Part shown: in pieces, positions 56,033-64,000 of the stretch
Layout: every line of letters begins with the position of its first letter
Numbering within the stretch: the stretch's first letter is position 1
Assembly: GCA_965230895.1 (NCBI GenBank)
Contig: OZ246394.1
Span: forward strand, 712,627 to 776,626
Length of the DNA: 64,000 bases
Direction of reading: 5' to 3'
Source of the DNA: an uncultured Gammaproteobacteria bacterium
Lineage (GTDB): Bacteria > Patescibacteriota > Microgenomatia > Levybacterales > UBA12049
Notes under the pieces: model-generated
The model's database searches: none
Seen by the model: only the letters and a program-made list of their open reading frames with translations
What the model was told of the DNA's origin: nothing
Made by a program: the position numbers and the translations under genes

Positions 56033-58184
56033 AGAATAAATGTATTATAAAGTATAAGGTTATTACAGCAAATGTAAATAAACTTATTATATCTCCAAAT
56101 GCGAAAACGGCCTGAGGAGCAAAGAATATTGTCGCAGTAAAGCTTACACTTTTATCAGAGTTTATAGTTATTTGGTTTGGATATTCTTTTTTTAGTTTAT
56201 CTACATCAATTACCCAAGCATTGAGATATTCATTATATCGCATATGAGTTTTTAAGATATCCTTATTCAAGAAAAATTGTGTCTCATGTAGATTTCTTGT
56301 ATCCCCTAAATACATTTCCCACTTCTCAGAATATGGATTATCAAAAATGATTTGAGATTTTTGAGAAACATGCTTTACATCAACAGTATATCTTGCTGGT
56401 GATACCTTTTCATAAGTGATCTCTGCATTTTTATCAGAAATACTTATTAAGGGCTTTTGAACTTTATTGTTTTCTACGACTTTTTTGATTTGATAGACGT
56501 TTATATCTCGAGCTTTATCAGTTGTAGATATATAGCCTGAATCTGGCGTTCCTTGGAGATGTCCAACAAATACCAAGCGATTATCTTTAGCTAATTGAGC
56601 ATTTATTTGGGCTGAATTGTTTTGCAGATTGTTATAGATCATGATTGTATCAATATTATGATCTGTTAAATAATCAATTGTACTTGATTTGGTTATATCA
56701 CTTATCTTTGCATAATGCGCTTGCGCATAAGGATCAAAAGGGCTTGCTCCACATGCAAACGCTTTATTATGAACAATCTGGGCTTTTAATTGATATGTTT
56801 CAGGACATCCAGTGACAACATCATTTTGAGTCATTGGATACGTAGCAATGGCATGAATATCCTCATTATCTTTGATTGATTGATAAAGTTGTACTTCCTT
56901 AGAAAAATTACTCAAGCGCCACCAAGATTGATCAACGTTTAGCGAGTTGCCAACCAAGACAAGCGTTAAGATTGAGAACAGTATAACTTTGTAGTTTTGG
57001 TGTAACTTCCTGTAGTACATGCTTTGCATAAAACCATGAATTGCAAGCCCAAACAATATCCCTAAGAATAAATAGGCCAACAAAACCATACGAGCCACCC
57101 CTCTAAAAATTCCGAAATACTTAAAATAAATTTCATTGATCCAATATGTATAAGGTGAATATGCTGATAAGATAAGTGCACCGAGGAAACAACATAATAT
57201 AGCAACTTGAATACTTGTTCTTCGCAAGAATACAAGCCCACAAAAAACAATTAAAGGTACTATTACATATAAGATATTCCCTATATACGGAATATATGTT
57301 TTTAGCATGCTGTATTCAGGTGGAGAGAAATAATAGAGAATACTGAGTAATTCGTTCTTTGCGATAGAATTTCTACCTGTAGCAACTGCGGCCTCACTAT
57401 TGAATAGGTAGAAGTTTGTCACAAAGAAGTTAAAATTGCATGCAATTAAAACGAGTAATAAAACTGGATAATAGATACATGCGCTTTTTAAACTGGAAAT
57501 TAATGACTCTCTTTTATAAGCAAAAAAGATAAGTGGAGAAAGTAGCCCTGAGAAAAATGCATAATAAGCATCTGTATTAAACAGCAATGCAAAAGTCGCT
57601 GAAGAGAGTAGCAAGCTAAACACTGTCTTTCTATCTAAGAAATATACTAGTGATAAGAAATAAAACGGGATGAGCTCAATATGATTGACTGATAGTTGAG
57701 CTCTTGCCATATGCACATGATAAAAAGAGAAACTAAAAATAATGCCCGCCAAAAAACTTGCTGCTTTATTTTTTGTGAGATAATAACAAAATAAATAAGC
57801 CCCAATTGCTGATAAGGGATATGTAATGAGAGAAGAGATGTTTGTTAAGAGGATTAAGTTATTCCAATTAAAACCGATTATATATTGCATAATAAATGCC
57901 TGAGAGACATAGACCAAATTCCTAAATGGCATAAAAGTTATGTCAAATCCGAAGGGATAAGAGAAAAACTGATTAATGTAGTAAAGATATCCCTCAGATT
58001 GGATATGAATCAAATACCATTGATACCAAAGTCCTCCATCTGCGTCAACGTCCGGCATTCCATAGTAAGTATTTATATGAGGTAGCTTGTTATAAAAGAT
58101 GATAGCAGTTAATGCAGAGTATACAAGAAAGAAAAAGATGATTGTAAAAAGTTGATTATTGAAAAGTCGTTTTATGTGCCTCAT
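56013..58184 (-). CDS. Large multi-pass GT-C-like membrane protein (paralogue A)
   Basis: MPDVDADGGLWYQW in the first loop, about 11-13 TM segments, FRGVARM, soluble domain, C-terminal TM. Confidence 0.72.
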   Translation of the reverse strand: MRHIKRLFNNQLFTIIFFFLVYSALTAIIFYNKLPHINTYYGMPDVDADGGLWYQWYLIHIQSEGYLYYINQFFSYPFGFDITFMPFRNLVYVSQAFIMQYIIGFNWNNLILLTNISSLITYPLSAIGAYLFCYYLTKNKAASFLAGIIFSFSFYHVHMARAQLSVNHIELIPFYFLSLVYFLDRKTVFSLLLSSATFALLFNTDAYYAFFSGLLSPLIFFAYKRESLISSLKSACIYYPVLLLVLIACNFNFFVTNFYLFNSEAAVATGRNSIAKNELLSILYYFSPPEYSMLKTYIPYIGNILYVIVPLIVFCGLVFLRRTSIQVAILCCFLGALILSAYSPYTYWINEIYFKYFGIFRGVARMVLLAYLFLGILFGLAIHGFMQSMYYRKLHQNYKVILFSILTLVLVGNSLNVDQSWWRLSNFSKEVQLYQSIKDNEDIHAIATYPMTQNDVVTGCPETYQLKAQIVHNKAFACGASPFDPYAQAHYAKISDITKSSTIDYLTDHNIDTIMIYNNLQNNSAQINAQLAKDNRLVFVGHLQGTPDSGYISTTDKARDINVYQIKKVVENNKVQKPLISISDKNAEITYEKVSPARYTVDVKHVSQKSQIIFDNPYSEKWEMYLGDTRNLHETQFFLNKDILKTHMRYNEYLNAWVIDVDKLKKEYPNQITINSDKSVSFTATIFFAPQAVFAFGDIISLFTFAVITLYFIIHLFYARYKK

Positions 58185-60328
58185 AGAGTATTTTTATTCT
58201 TTAATCTCCAAAAATACATTATAAAGTAAATAGCAAGACATATCAAAACAATATTTCTAATTAACGAGCTAATTTGTATATAGATCGATGGCGTAAATAG
58301 AACCGTAGCTTTTAAGGAGCTATTTGCATCAATATTTTTAATTTTCCAACCATTCGCATAATCATTGATTGTTATATGTTCAGCTTCTAAAGGAGCAATA
58401 CTCGGAATTGCTAGAGTATTAAATGTCATTTGGCTTCCATTGTATATTTGCCACTTATCAGAGAATGGCTGATCAAAGACTATAACTGTTTCTGGGTTGA
58501 TATTTGGAACAAAAATTTCATATTGATATTGAGAAATCTTTTTTGTATAGACGTTACCGTTTTCTATTGTAAAAATATTTTTAGGCGGACGGCTTACTAC
58601 TTCTTTTATCTGATATACAGAAATGTCTCTCGATTTGTTATTGGAAGTAACATAATCACTATCTATTGGTTGAGTGTACCTTCCTACAAACTTTAATCGT
58701 TCATTATTAAGAAGCGTCTTATTAATTTCTAGACTATTAGGCAGTAAATTATTATAAATAATGATTGTGTCTACATTATACTTTACAAGCAGATCTATTG
58801 TGTCTTGACTTGATATATCTTTAATCTTTTTTTGATATTCAATTGATTCTTTGGAGAACGGACTTGCTCCTGTTACGATTTTCTTATTGTGAACTATTTG
58901 TCCAAGTAATTGATAGGTACGCGGATTTCCGTAATCAACAAAATCTAACTCAACAGGATATGGTGCAATAACTTTAATTGAGGAATTTTCTTTTATTGGT
59001 TCATAAAGTTTTGCTATCTTGGAAAAATCAGAATACATCTTCCAACTTGCATCATGATTTAACCCAATCGCTACTACAAAAAATGCTAATAACAAACTTA
59101 TCAATATCTTCTTCTTGCCTGCAATCTGAGTTATTAATACCCCTATCATTAATCCTTGGAATAGATAGACCACATGGTACATTCTTGCAACACTTCTAAA
59201 CATTCCAAAGTAATGAAAATACAACTGGTTCAGCCAATAGAATAATGGCGTATATGCTGATAATATAACAGCTATCAAAGCACAGAAGAATAAAGTTTTA
59301 TATACCCTATTTTTAAATTGGAAGAATAAACCAATAATTAGGATTATTGGAATCAGTGCACCAAAGTAAGAAAACGATTTATTAAATAAGTAAATGATGA
59401 TGCTTGTTTCAGGAAGACTAAAATAAAAGCTTAATGGTAATAACTCATTTCTATAATTAGTGACCCGACCCGATTGGACTAAGTATTGATGGTCAAAAAG
59501 TAATATATTGGAAATTATGAAATTTAAGTTAAGTAAAACGAGCAAGACAAGAAGCGCTCCATAATAGACTCCAATAGTTCTTATCTTTGATAAAATACTC
59601 TCCTTTTGATAAAAAAGAACAATAACTATAGATATGAGACCACAGAAAAATGCGTAATAAGCATCTGCATTAAAGGTAATACTAAATACAAATGCAGAAA
59701 GAACTAAAGAGACTATGCTTTTCCTATTAAGGAAGTAAAACAGACTTAAAAAGTATAACGGTATAAACTCAATGTGGTTAATGGACATTTGCCCTCTCCC
59801 TGCCAAAACGAAGCTAAAAGAAAAAGCATAAATAAGCCCGCAAACGAAACTGCCCATATAACTTCTTGTGAGGTAAAAACATAAACATGCAGCACTTATT
59901 GCAGCTAATGGGTAGACCAGTAACGAAGAAATATTAGTTATTAAAATAAGATTTTGCCATGAGAAACCAAACATTTTTAGCAGGGCAATGTGTACTGAAT
60001 AAATCAATGTTTCAAAGGGTTTAAATGTAATATCAAATCCAAATGGAAAACCAATGTAATCAGTAATTTCATAAAGCTCCTTTTTCTGTTCAAGAAAAAC
60101 AAGGAACCATTGATACCAAAGTCCTCCATCAGTATCAATATCTGGCATTGCATAACGAGTATCTAGGAAGGGCAAACGATGGTGGAATATTAGGAGAGTA
60201 AGAATAAGATAGATAAGAAATCCTATTATCGATACACTAACAAATTGCTGGACTTTATTTTGTCCATCTATAACGTTAGTAATCTTTTTCAAAAAACTAC
60301 TTTTCTGTTGATATCGATTTTGATTCAT
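58181..60328 (-). CDS. Large multi-pass GT-C-like membrane protein (paralogue B)
   Basis: MPDIDTDGGLWYQW, PFGFDITF, NHIEFIP, FRSVARM; collinear with paralogue A. Confidence 0.72.
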   Translation of the reverse strand: MNQNRYQQKSSFLKKITNVIDGQNKVQQFVSVSIIGFLIYLILTLLIFHHRLPFLDTRYAMPDIDTDGGLWYQWFLVFLEQKKELYEITDYIGFPFGFDITFKPFETLIYSVHIALLKMFGFSWQNLILITNISSLLVYPLAAISAACLCFYLTRSYMGSFVCGLIYAFSFSFVLAGRGQMSINHIEFIPLYFLSLFYFLNRKSIVSLVLSAFVFSITFNADAYYAFFCGLISIVIVLFYQKESILSKIRTIGVYYGALLVLLVLLNLNFIISNILLFDHQYLVQSGRVTNYRNELLPLSFYFSLPETSIIIYLFNKSFSYFGALIPIILIIGLFFQFKNRVYKTLFFCALIAVILSAYTPLFYWLNQLYFHYFGMFRSVARMYHVVYLFQGLMIGVLITQIAGKKKILISLLLAFFVVAIGLNHDASWKMYSDFSKIAKLYEPIKENSSIKVIAPYPVELDFVDYGNPRTYQLLGQIVHNKKIVTGASPFSKESIEYQKKIKDISSQDTIDLLVKYNVDTIIIYNNLLPNSLEINKTLLNNERLKFVGRYTQPIDSDYVTSNNKSRDISVYQIKEVVSRPPKNIFTIENGNVYTKKISQYQYEIFVPNINPETVIVFDQPFSDKWQIYNGSQMTFNTLAIPSIAPLEAEHITINDYANGWKIKNIDANSSLKATVLFTPSIYIQISSLIRNIVLICLAIYFIMYFWRLKNKNTL

Positions 60329-61370
60329 CGTAACTTCTTAAATCGGGTTTATAACCAAATGCATGCATGACAGTATGATAAATGATAAGACTTGCAGTAA
60401 AAATGCACAGTGGGACATGGATTAAATAACGGATATCTTTTCTGGTAACACAAAGTTTTATTGCATCAAAGAAACAAACAATTAGGGTGAATACATATGG
60501 AATAAATAAATATTTCTTATATTGCAAAGCATTTGAAGAATACTGTTCTCTCCCAGTAAACCCTGAAGCTCCCATTTCAGATACATGATAAATATTATTC
60601 TTTACTCTCCAGCGAATCTTGTTTAAATATTTTCCTAATGTATCTGAGGAATAATGAAAAAGTGCATCATTTTTGGTTAAAGCAATGTCTGCACCTTTAG
60701 AATTCATTAAGTAAAAAAAATGGGGAATTAATCTTATATCGTTTTTCGTCTCAGTAAAATGCTTTTTCATATAATTACCGTCAAACATGCTTCCTCCAGC
60801 AACTAATTCAATAATTGGCATCTGCTGGACATTGGTAAGATTAAAAATTGTATAGTCTTTTTTATTAGCGATGAAACCATATCGTTTTATCATCTGCTTA
60901 AGAAAGAAGCGCGCATCTTTCGACAAATTATAAATATATGCAGAGAACGGATCACCAAATTCATTTATATAGTTATTTATGAATGGATATCCTTTAGGAT
61001 TTTTATATCCACTTCCTATTACCGCTCTAACATTCTCATTTTCCTTAAACACTTGAATCTTCTTCTCCAAACTTCTTGGATTCTCAATTACTTCATCATG
61101 GTCTAAATAAAGTAAGTATGTACCTTGTGCTTGGGTATAACCCAAGAACTTCGCATTTACAGGATCTGTCTTAGGATTATTAATAACGATACATTTATAT
61201 TTTTCGGCGATTTTAAATGTACCATCAGTGGAACCACCATCAATCAATAAAATTTGTAATTTATTTTGAGGGAATGTTTGCTTCTTTATAGAATCTAATA
61301 CTTTTGGAAGTATATGTTCGGAGTTAAATGTAGCAATAATAATAGAAAGTTCAATTGTGCTTTTTGACAT
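60297..61370 (-). CDS. Family 2 glycosyltransferase with C-terminal membrane segments
   Basis: SIIIATFNSE, IDGGSTDGT, YLDHDE. Confidence 0.9.
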   Translation of the reverse strand: MSKSTIELSIIIATFNSEHILPKVLDSIKKQTFPQNKLQILLIDGGSTDGTFKIAEKYKCIVINNPKTDPVNAKFLGYTQAQGTYLLYLDHDEVIENPRSLEKKIQVFKENENVRAVIGSGYKNPKGYPFINNYINEFGDPFSAYIYNLSKDARFFLKQMIKRYGFIANKKDYTIFNLTNVQQMPIIELVAGGSMFDGNYMKKHFTETKNDIRLIPHFFYLMNSKGADIALTKNDALFHYSSDTLGKYLNKIRWRVKNNIYHVSEMGASGFTGREQYSSNALQYKKYLFIPYVFTLIVCFFDAIKLCVTRKDIRYLIHVPLCIFTASLIIYHTVMHAFGYKPDLRSYDESKSISTEK

Positions 61371-61378
61371 AGTGAGAA

Positions 61379-62521
61379 TTAATCCTGCTCACTCTTAAAA
61401 AATTTTTTAAGGGAATCAATAACTGTTTTTACTTGATCTTCTTGCATTTCATAAAATAGAGGTAGACGCAATAATCTATCAGCAGTGGAATCAGTATTTG
61501 TCATAGTGCCTGAAACTCTCCCATACTTTTTCCCTGCTGGAGATGAATGCAGAGGAATATAATGAAAAACGGAAAGTATATCTTTATTTTTAAGCGTTTT
61601 AATCAATCTTTGTCTTGTTTCTAGATCTCTAAGTAAAATGTAATACATATGAGCATTATGCTCGCAATCTTTTGGCACAATAGGTCGTCGAATAAAACCT
61701 TCATTTTCAAGATCTTCTAAGGATTCATGATAGAGATCCCAGAGTTTTATTCTATTTTTGAGAATATCTTTCGAATTTTCTAACTGCCCCATCAAGAACG
61801 CTGAAACTATCTCTCCAGGAAGGTATGAAGAACCTATGTCTACCCATGTATATTTATCTACTTGTCCACGCAGAAACTGGCTTCGATTTGTACCTTTCTC
61901 TCTAATTATTTCAGCACGATCACTAAACTTTGCATTATTAATGAGCAATGCACCGCCTTCTCCAGAGATGACGTTTTTTGTCTCATGGAAACTATATGTT
62001 CCCATATCTCCAATTGTCCCTAAATGCTTTCCTTTATACTTTGCATCAAAGCCTTGTGCTGCGTCTTCAATAACATAAAGTTTATGCTTCTTCGCTATTT
62101 TTAGAATTGTATCCATTTCGCAACCGACACCCGCATAATGTACAACCATAATAGCTTTTGTTTTCTTTGTAATAGCTTGTTCAATGAGCTTTTCATCTAT
62201 ATTTAGCGTATCTTCTCGTATATCAATAAAGACGGGAATAGCTCCACGAAGAGCAATTGCATTGGCTGTAGAAACGAATGTATAAGAGGGCATAATGACT
62301 TCATCACCAGGTTGTAGATCTACAAGCAAAGCACTCATTTCAAGAGCACCTGTACAAGAATGCGTAAGAAGTGCTTTTGTTGTTCCGGTATGTTTTTCAA
62401 TCCATTTATGACAAAGTTTTGTGTAGTACCCATCCCCTGAAAGTTGCCCCAAAGAATGTGCATGGCTGATATATCCCATTTCTTTATGGGTAAGATAAGG
62501 TTTATTAAATGGGATTTTCAT
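61379..62521 (-). CDS. wecE: dTDP-4-amino-4,6-dideoxygalactose transaminase
   Basis: IPFNKP, SGDG, LLTHSCTGALEM, MPSYTFVSTANA, EDAAQ, SFHETKN..SGEGG, EKGTNRSQF.RGQVDKYTW, FHYIPLH. Confidence 0.93.
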   Translation of the reverse strand: MKIPFNKPYLTHKEMGYISHAHSLGQLSGDGYYTKLCHKWIEKHTGTTKALLTHSCTGALEMSALLVDLQPGDEVIMPSYTFVSTANAIALRGAIPVFIDIREDTLNIDEKLIEQAITKKTKAIMVVHYAGVGCEMDTILKIAKKHKLYVIEDAAQGFDAKYKGKHLGTIGDMGTYSFHETKNVISGEGGALLINNAKFSDRAEIIREKGTNRSQFLRGQVDKYTWVDIGSSYLPGEIVSAFLMGQLENSKDILKNRIKLWDLYHESLEDLENEGFIRRPIVPKDCEHNAHMYYILLRDLETRQRLIKTLKNKDILSVFHYIPLHSSPAGKKYGRVSGTMTNTDSTADRLLRLPLFYEMQEDQVKTVIDSLKKFFKSEQD

Positions 62522-62532
62522 ATGTTGCTTGA

Positions 62533-63243
62533 TTATAACCAGATATGGTAAACGTTTTCAACACTTTCTACTGTACAACCTATTTTTTCATAAAATGCGC
62601 AGGCTCCAATATTATTTTTTTGGGTCACTACCTGGATAGTATCAATACCCATAGTCTGAAATGCTGCAAAGGCCGCATGCATCAATTTTTTCCCTATATG
62701 TTTTCCGCGCTGTTTCTCATCAACTGCAAGTAAACCTATGTCACCTCTTTTATTTTTCACACTAAGAGTAATAAAACCTACCTCTTTACCATCTAACACG
62801 TATACAAGAACATTACTTGCAATTTTGCCATTTAAGGAATTAGTGAGCCATGTTGTGTATAAACGCTTGTATTGTTCTTCAGTAAAATGATTATCTCTTC
62901 TGAAGCGGGAATACACACCGCTTTGTAATGCGAGTGTAATTAAGGCCTCCGTTGCCAATTTATCTTTATACTCATGAATTTGAGGGTCTTTTGAGAACTT
63001 ATCATCATTAACGGATGTAACATATGTAACTTTTTCGTCAATAAGATTTCCAACACTTTGCAAGCTTTTGTTTGAGTCTATGTCTTTAGGGTTTGCAAAA
63101 GCATATACTAAATCAACTTTTTCTTCCTTCGCTTTCATTACTATATTGTTAAGAGCTTCTTCGTTCAAATCTTTTGCATCAATTTTCGCAACATTAAAAT
63201 TAAAAAAATTGGAATCCCACTGCAAAGGAATTAGAGTATTCAT
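62533..63243 (-). CDS. wecD: dTDP-fucosamine acetyltransferase (GNAT)
   Basis: LQWDSNFF, SRFR.D, LY..W, IGLLAV, VVTQ..N..A..FY; adjacent to wecE. Confidence 0.85.
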   Translation of the reverse strand: MNTLIPLQWDSNFFNFNVAKIDAKDLNEEALNNIVMKAKEEKVDLVYAFANPKDIDSNKSLQSVGNLIDEKVTYVTSVNDDKFSKDPQIHEYKDKLATEALITLALQSGVYSRFRRDNHFTEEQYKRLYTTWLTNSLNGKIASNVLVYVLDGKEVGFITLSVKNKRGDIGLLAVDEKQRGKHIGKKLMHAAFAAFQTMGIDTIQVVTQKNNIGACAFYEKIGCTVESVENVYHIWL

Positions 63244-63244
63244 A

Positions 63245-64000
63245 TTATTTAGTTACCGTATTCACAATAATTTCACTTGGACGCTGTTTGGGATTAATCG
63301 GTTTTTTTGCATATTTTTTATAATTCTTAAAAAAATCTTTTATTACATCAAAATTATTCTTACTAAGAACTACATTATGATTTAAGCCCTCAATACGCTC
63401 AGTTGCTGAACGAAGAATAAGACATGGTTTACCAAAATAATATGATTCTTCCTGATTACTTCCTCCATCCGTTACAATAAATTGACATCCATCAATTACT
63501 TTCATAAATTCCACGTAACTCAATCTTTCGCTAAGAATAATATTTTTATGTGCTTTAAGCTTTTGCATTAATCCTTTCTTTTCTAAGACAAGTATCGTAG
63601 GAGCGTGCATTACAAAAACACATTTCATATTCTTCGCGTGTGCAATAACATTATCAATCAACAATTCAACGAGTTGATCATTAAACAGGTTCTCCTGACG
63701 ATGCATAATAAAAAGGAAATATTTTTCTTTCTTAATACGATCCAACAGTTTTGATTGAACTTTTGTATTTATGACCATATTTAGACTATCCAATAAGGTA
63801 TTCTGGCCCGTATTAACTTTTAACCCGCTCTTATTCTTAAGATTATTAACAGCCCATTCATTAGGACATAGGTGAATATCTGTTAATTGAGAAGTAATAA
63901 CCCTGTCAATCTCTTCTGGAAAAGGATGGAAATAGTTAAATGATCGCAAACCAGCCTCAACATGAGCTATCTTTAAACCATACCGCTTCGCGATAAGTGC
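63245..64000 (-). CDS. wecB: UDP-GlcNAc 2-epimerase, non-hydrolysing type (5' end runs off the window)
   Basis: The frame stays open to the window end: ...KIAHVEAGLRSF...PFPEE, HRQEN, TDGGSNQEE, LR..TER.EG. Confidence 0.9.
   Translation of the reverse strand, partial: ALIAKRYGLKIAHVEAGLRSFNYFHPFPEEIDRVITSQLTDIHLCPNEWAVNNLKNKSGLKVNTGQNTLLDSLNMVINTKVQSKLLDRIKKEKYFLFIMHRQENLFNDQLVELLIDNVIAHAKNMKCVFVMHAPTILVLEKKGLMQKLKAHKNIILSERLSYVEFMKVIDGCQFIVTDGGSNQEESYYFGKPCLILRSATERIEGLNHNVVLSKNNFDVIKDFFKNYKKYAKKPINPKQRPSEIIVNTVTK

Noticed and set aside
683-63385. Many short (60-190 aa) ORFs antisense to, or in alternative frames of, identified genes, e.g. 15306-15869, 22284-22772, 13716-14096
   Set aside because: They lie within or largely overlap well-supported genes, show no recognisable motifs, and are expected by chance.
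1-64000. Alternative genetic code (TGA as Gly, code 25) as the cause of the truncated genes
   Set aside because: Long genes are intact in code 11, and TGA ends several ORFs at their expected family ends. The truncated glmU, murB and GT4 genes end in TAA or TAG with the next gene immediately following.

Overview
A gene-dense, AT-rich bacterial chromosome segment read in genetic code 11. Gene content and order point to a Patescibacteria/CPR organism of the Microgenomates type (inference: alpha2 GlyRS, type-2 IleRS, DUF4012, minimal FtsQ, orphan pilin). There are three blocks. (1) 1-13.4 kb: glycan-modifying genes plus lepB, parB, rpmA, rplU, rodA, ileS and a type IV pilin. (2) 13.4-32.5 kb: an interrupted minus-strand dcw cluster running mraZ-rsmH-ftsL-ftsI-[insert]-murE-pgeF-murC-murB'-murA-glmU'-GNAT-mraY-ftsW-hydrolase-murG-ftsQ'-ftsA-ftsZ, followed at 33-37 kb by an orphan purF-like gene, glyS and recO. 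(3) 37-64 kb: a large surface-glycosylation locus with many GT4/GT2 enzymes, several multi-pass GT-C-like proteins and wecB/wecD/wecE. The most notable observations are a GlmU lacking its acetyltransferase domain but followed directly by a GNA1-like GNAT, a C-terminally truncated MurB, a MurE with EDPR in place of DNPR, a 1012-aa O-antigen-ligase/TMTC-like fusion, apparently leaderless promoters at 17 genes, an IleRS with HYGS/KMSKN signature motifs, and an orphan PurF behind three phased 11-bp repeats. I saw no rRNA, tRNA, CRISPR array or mobile element. All calls come from motif recognition by eye; no searches were run.
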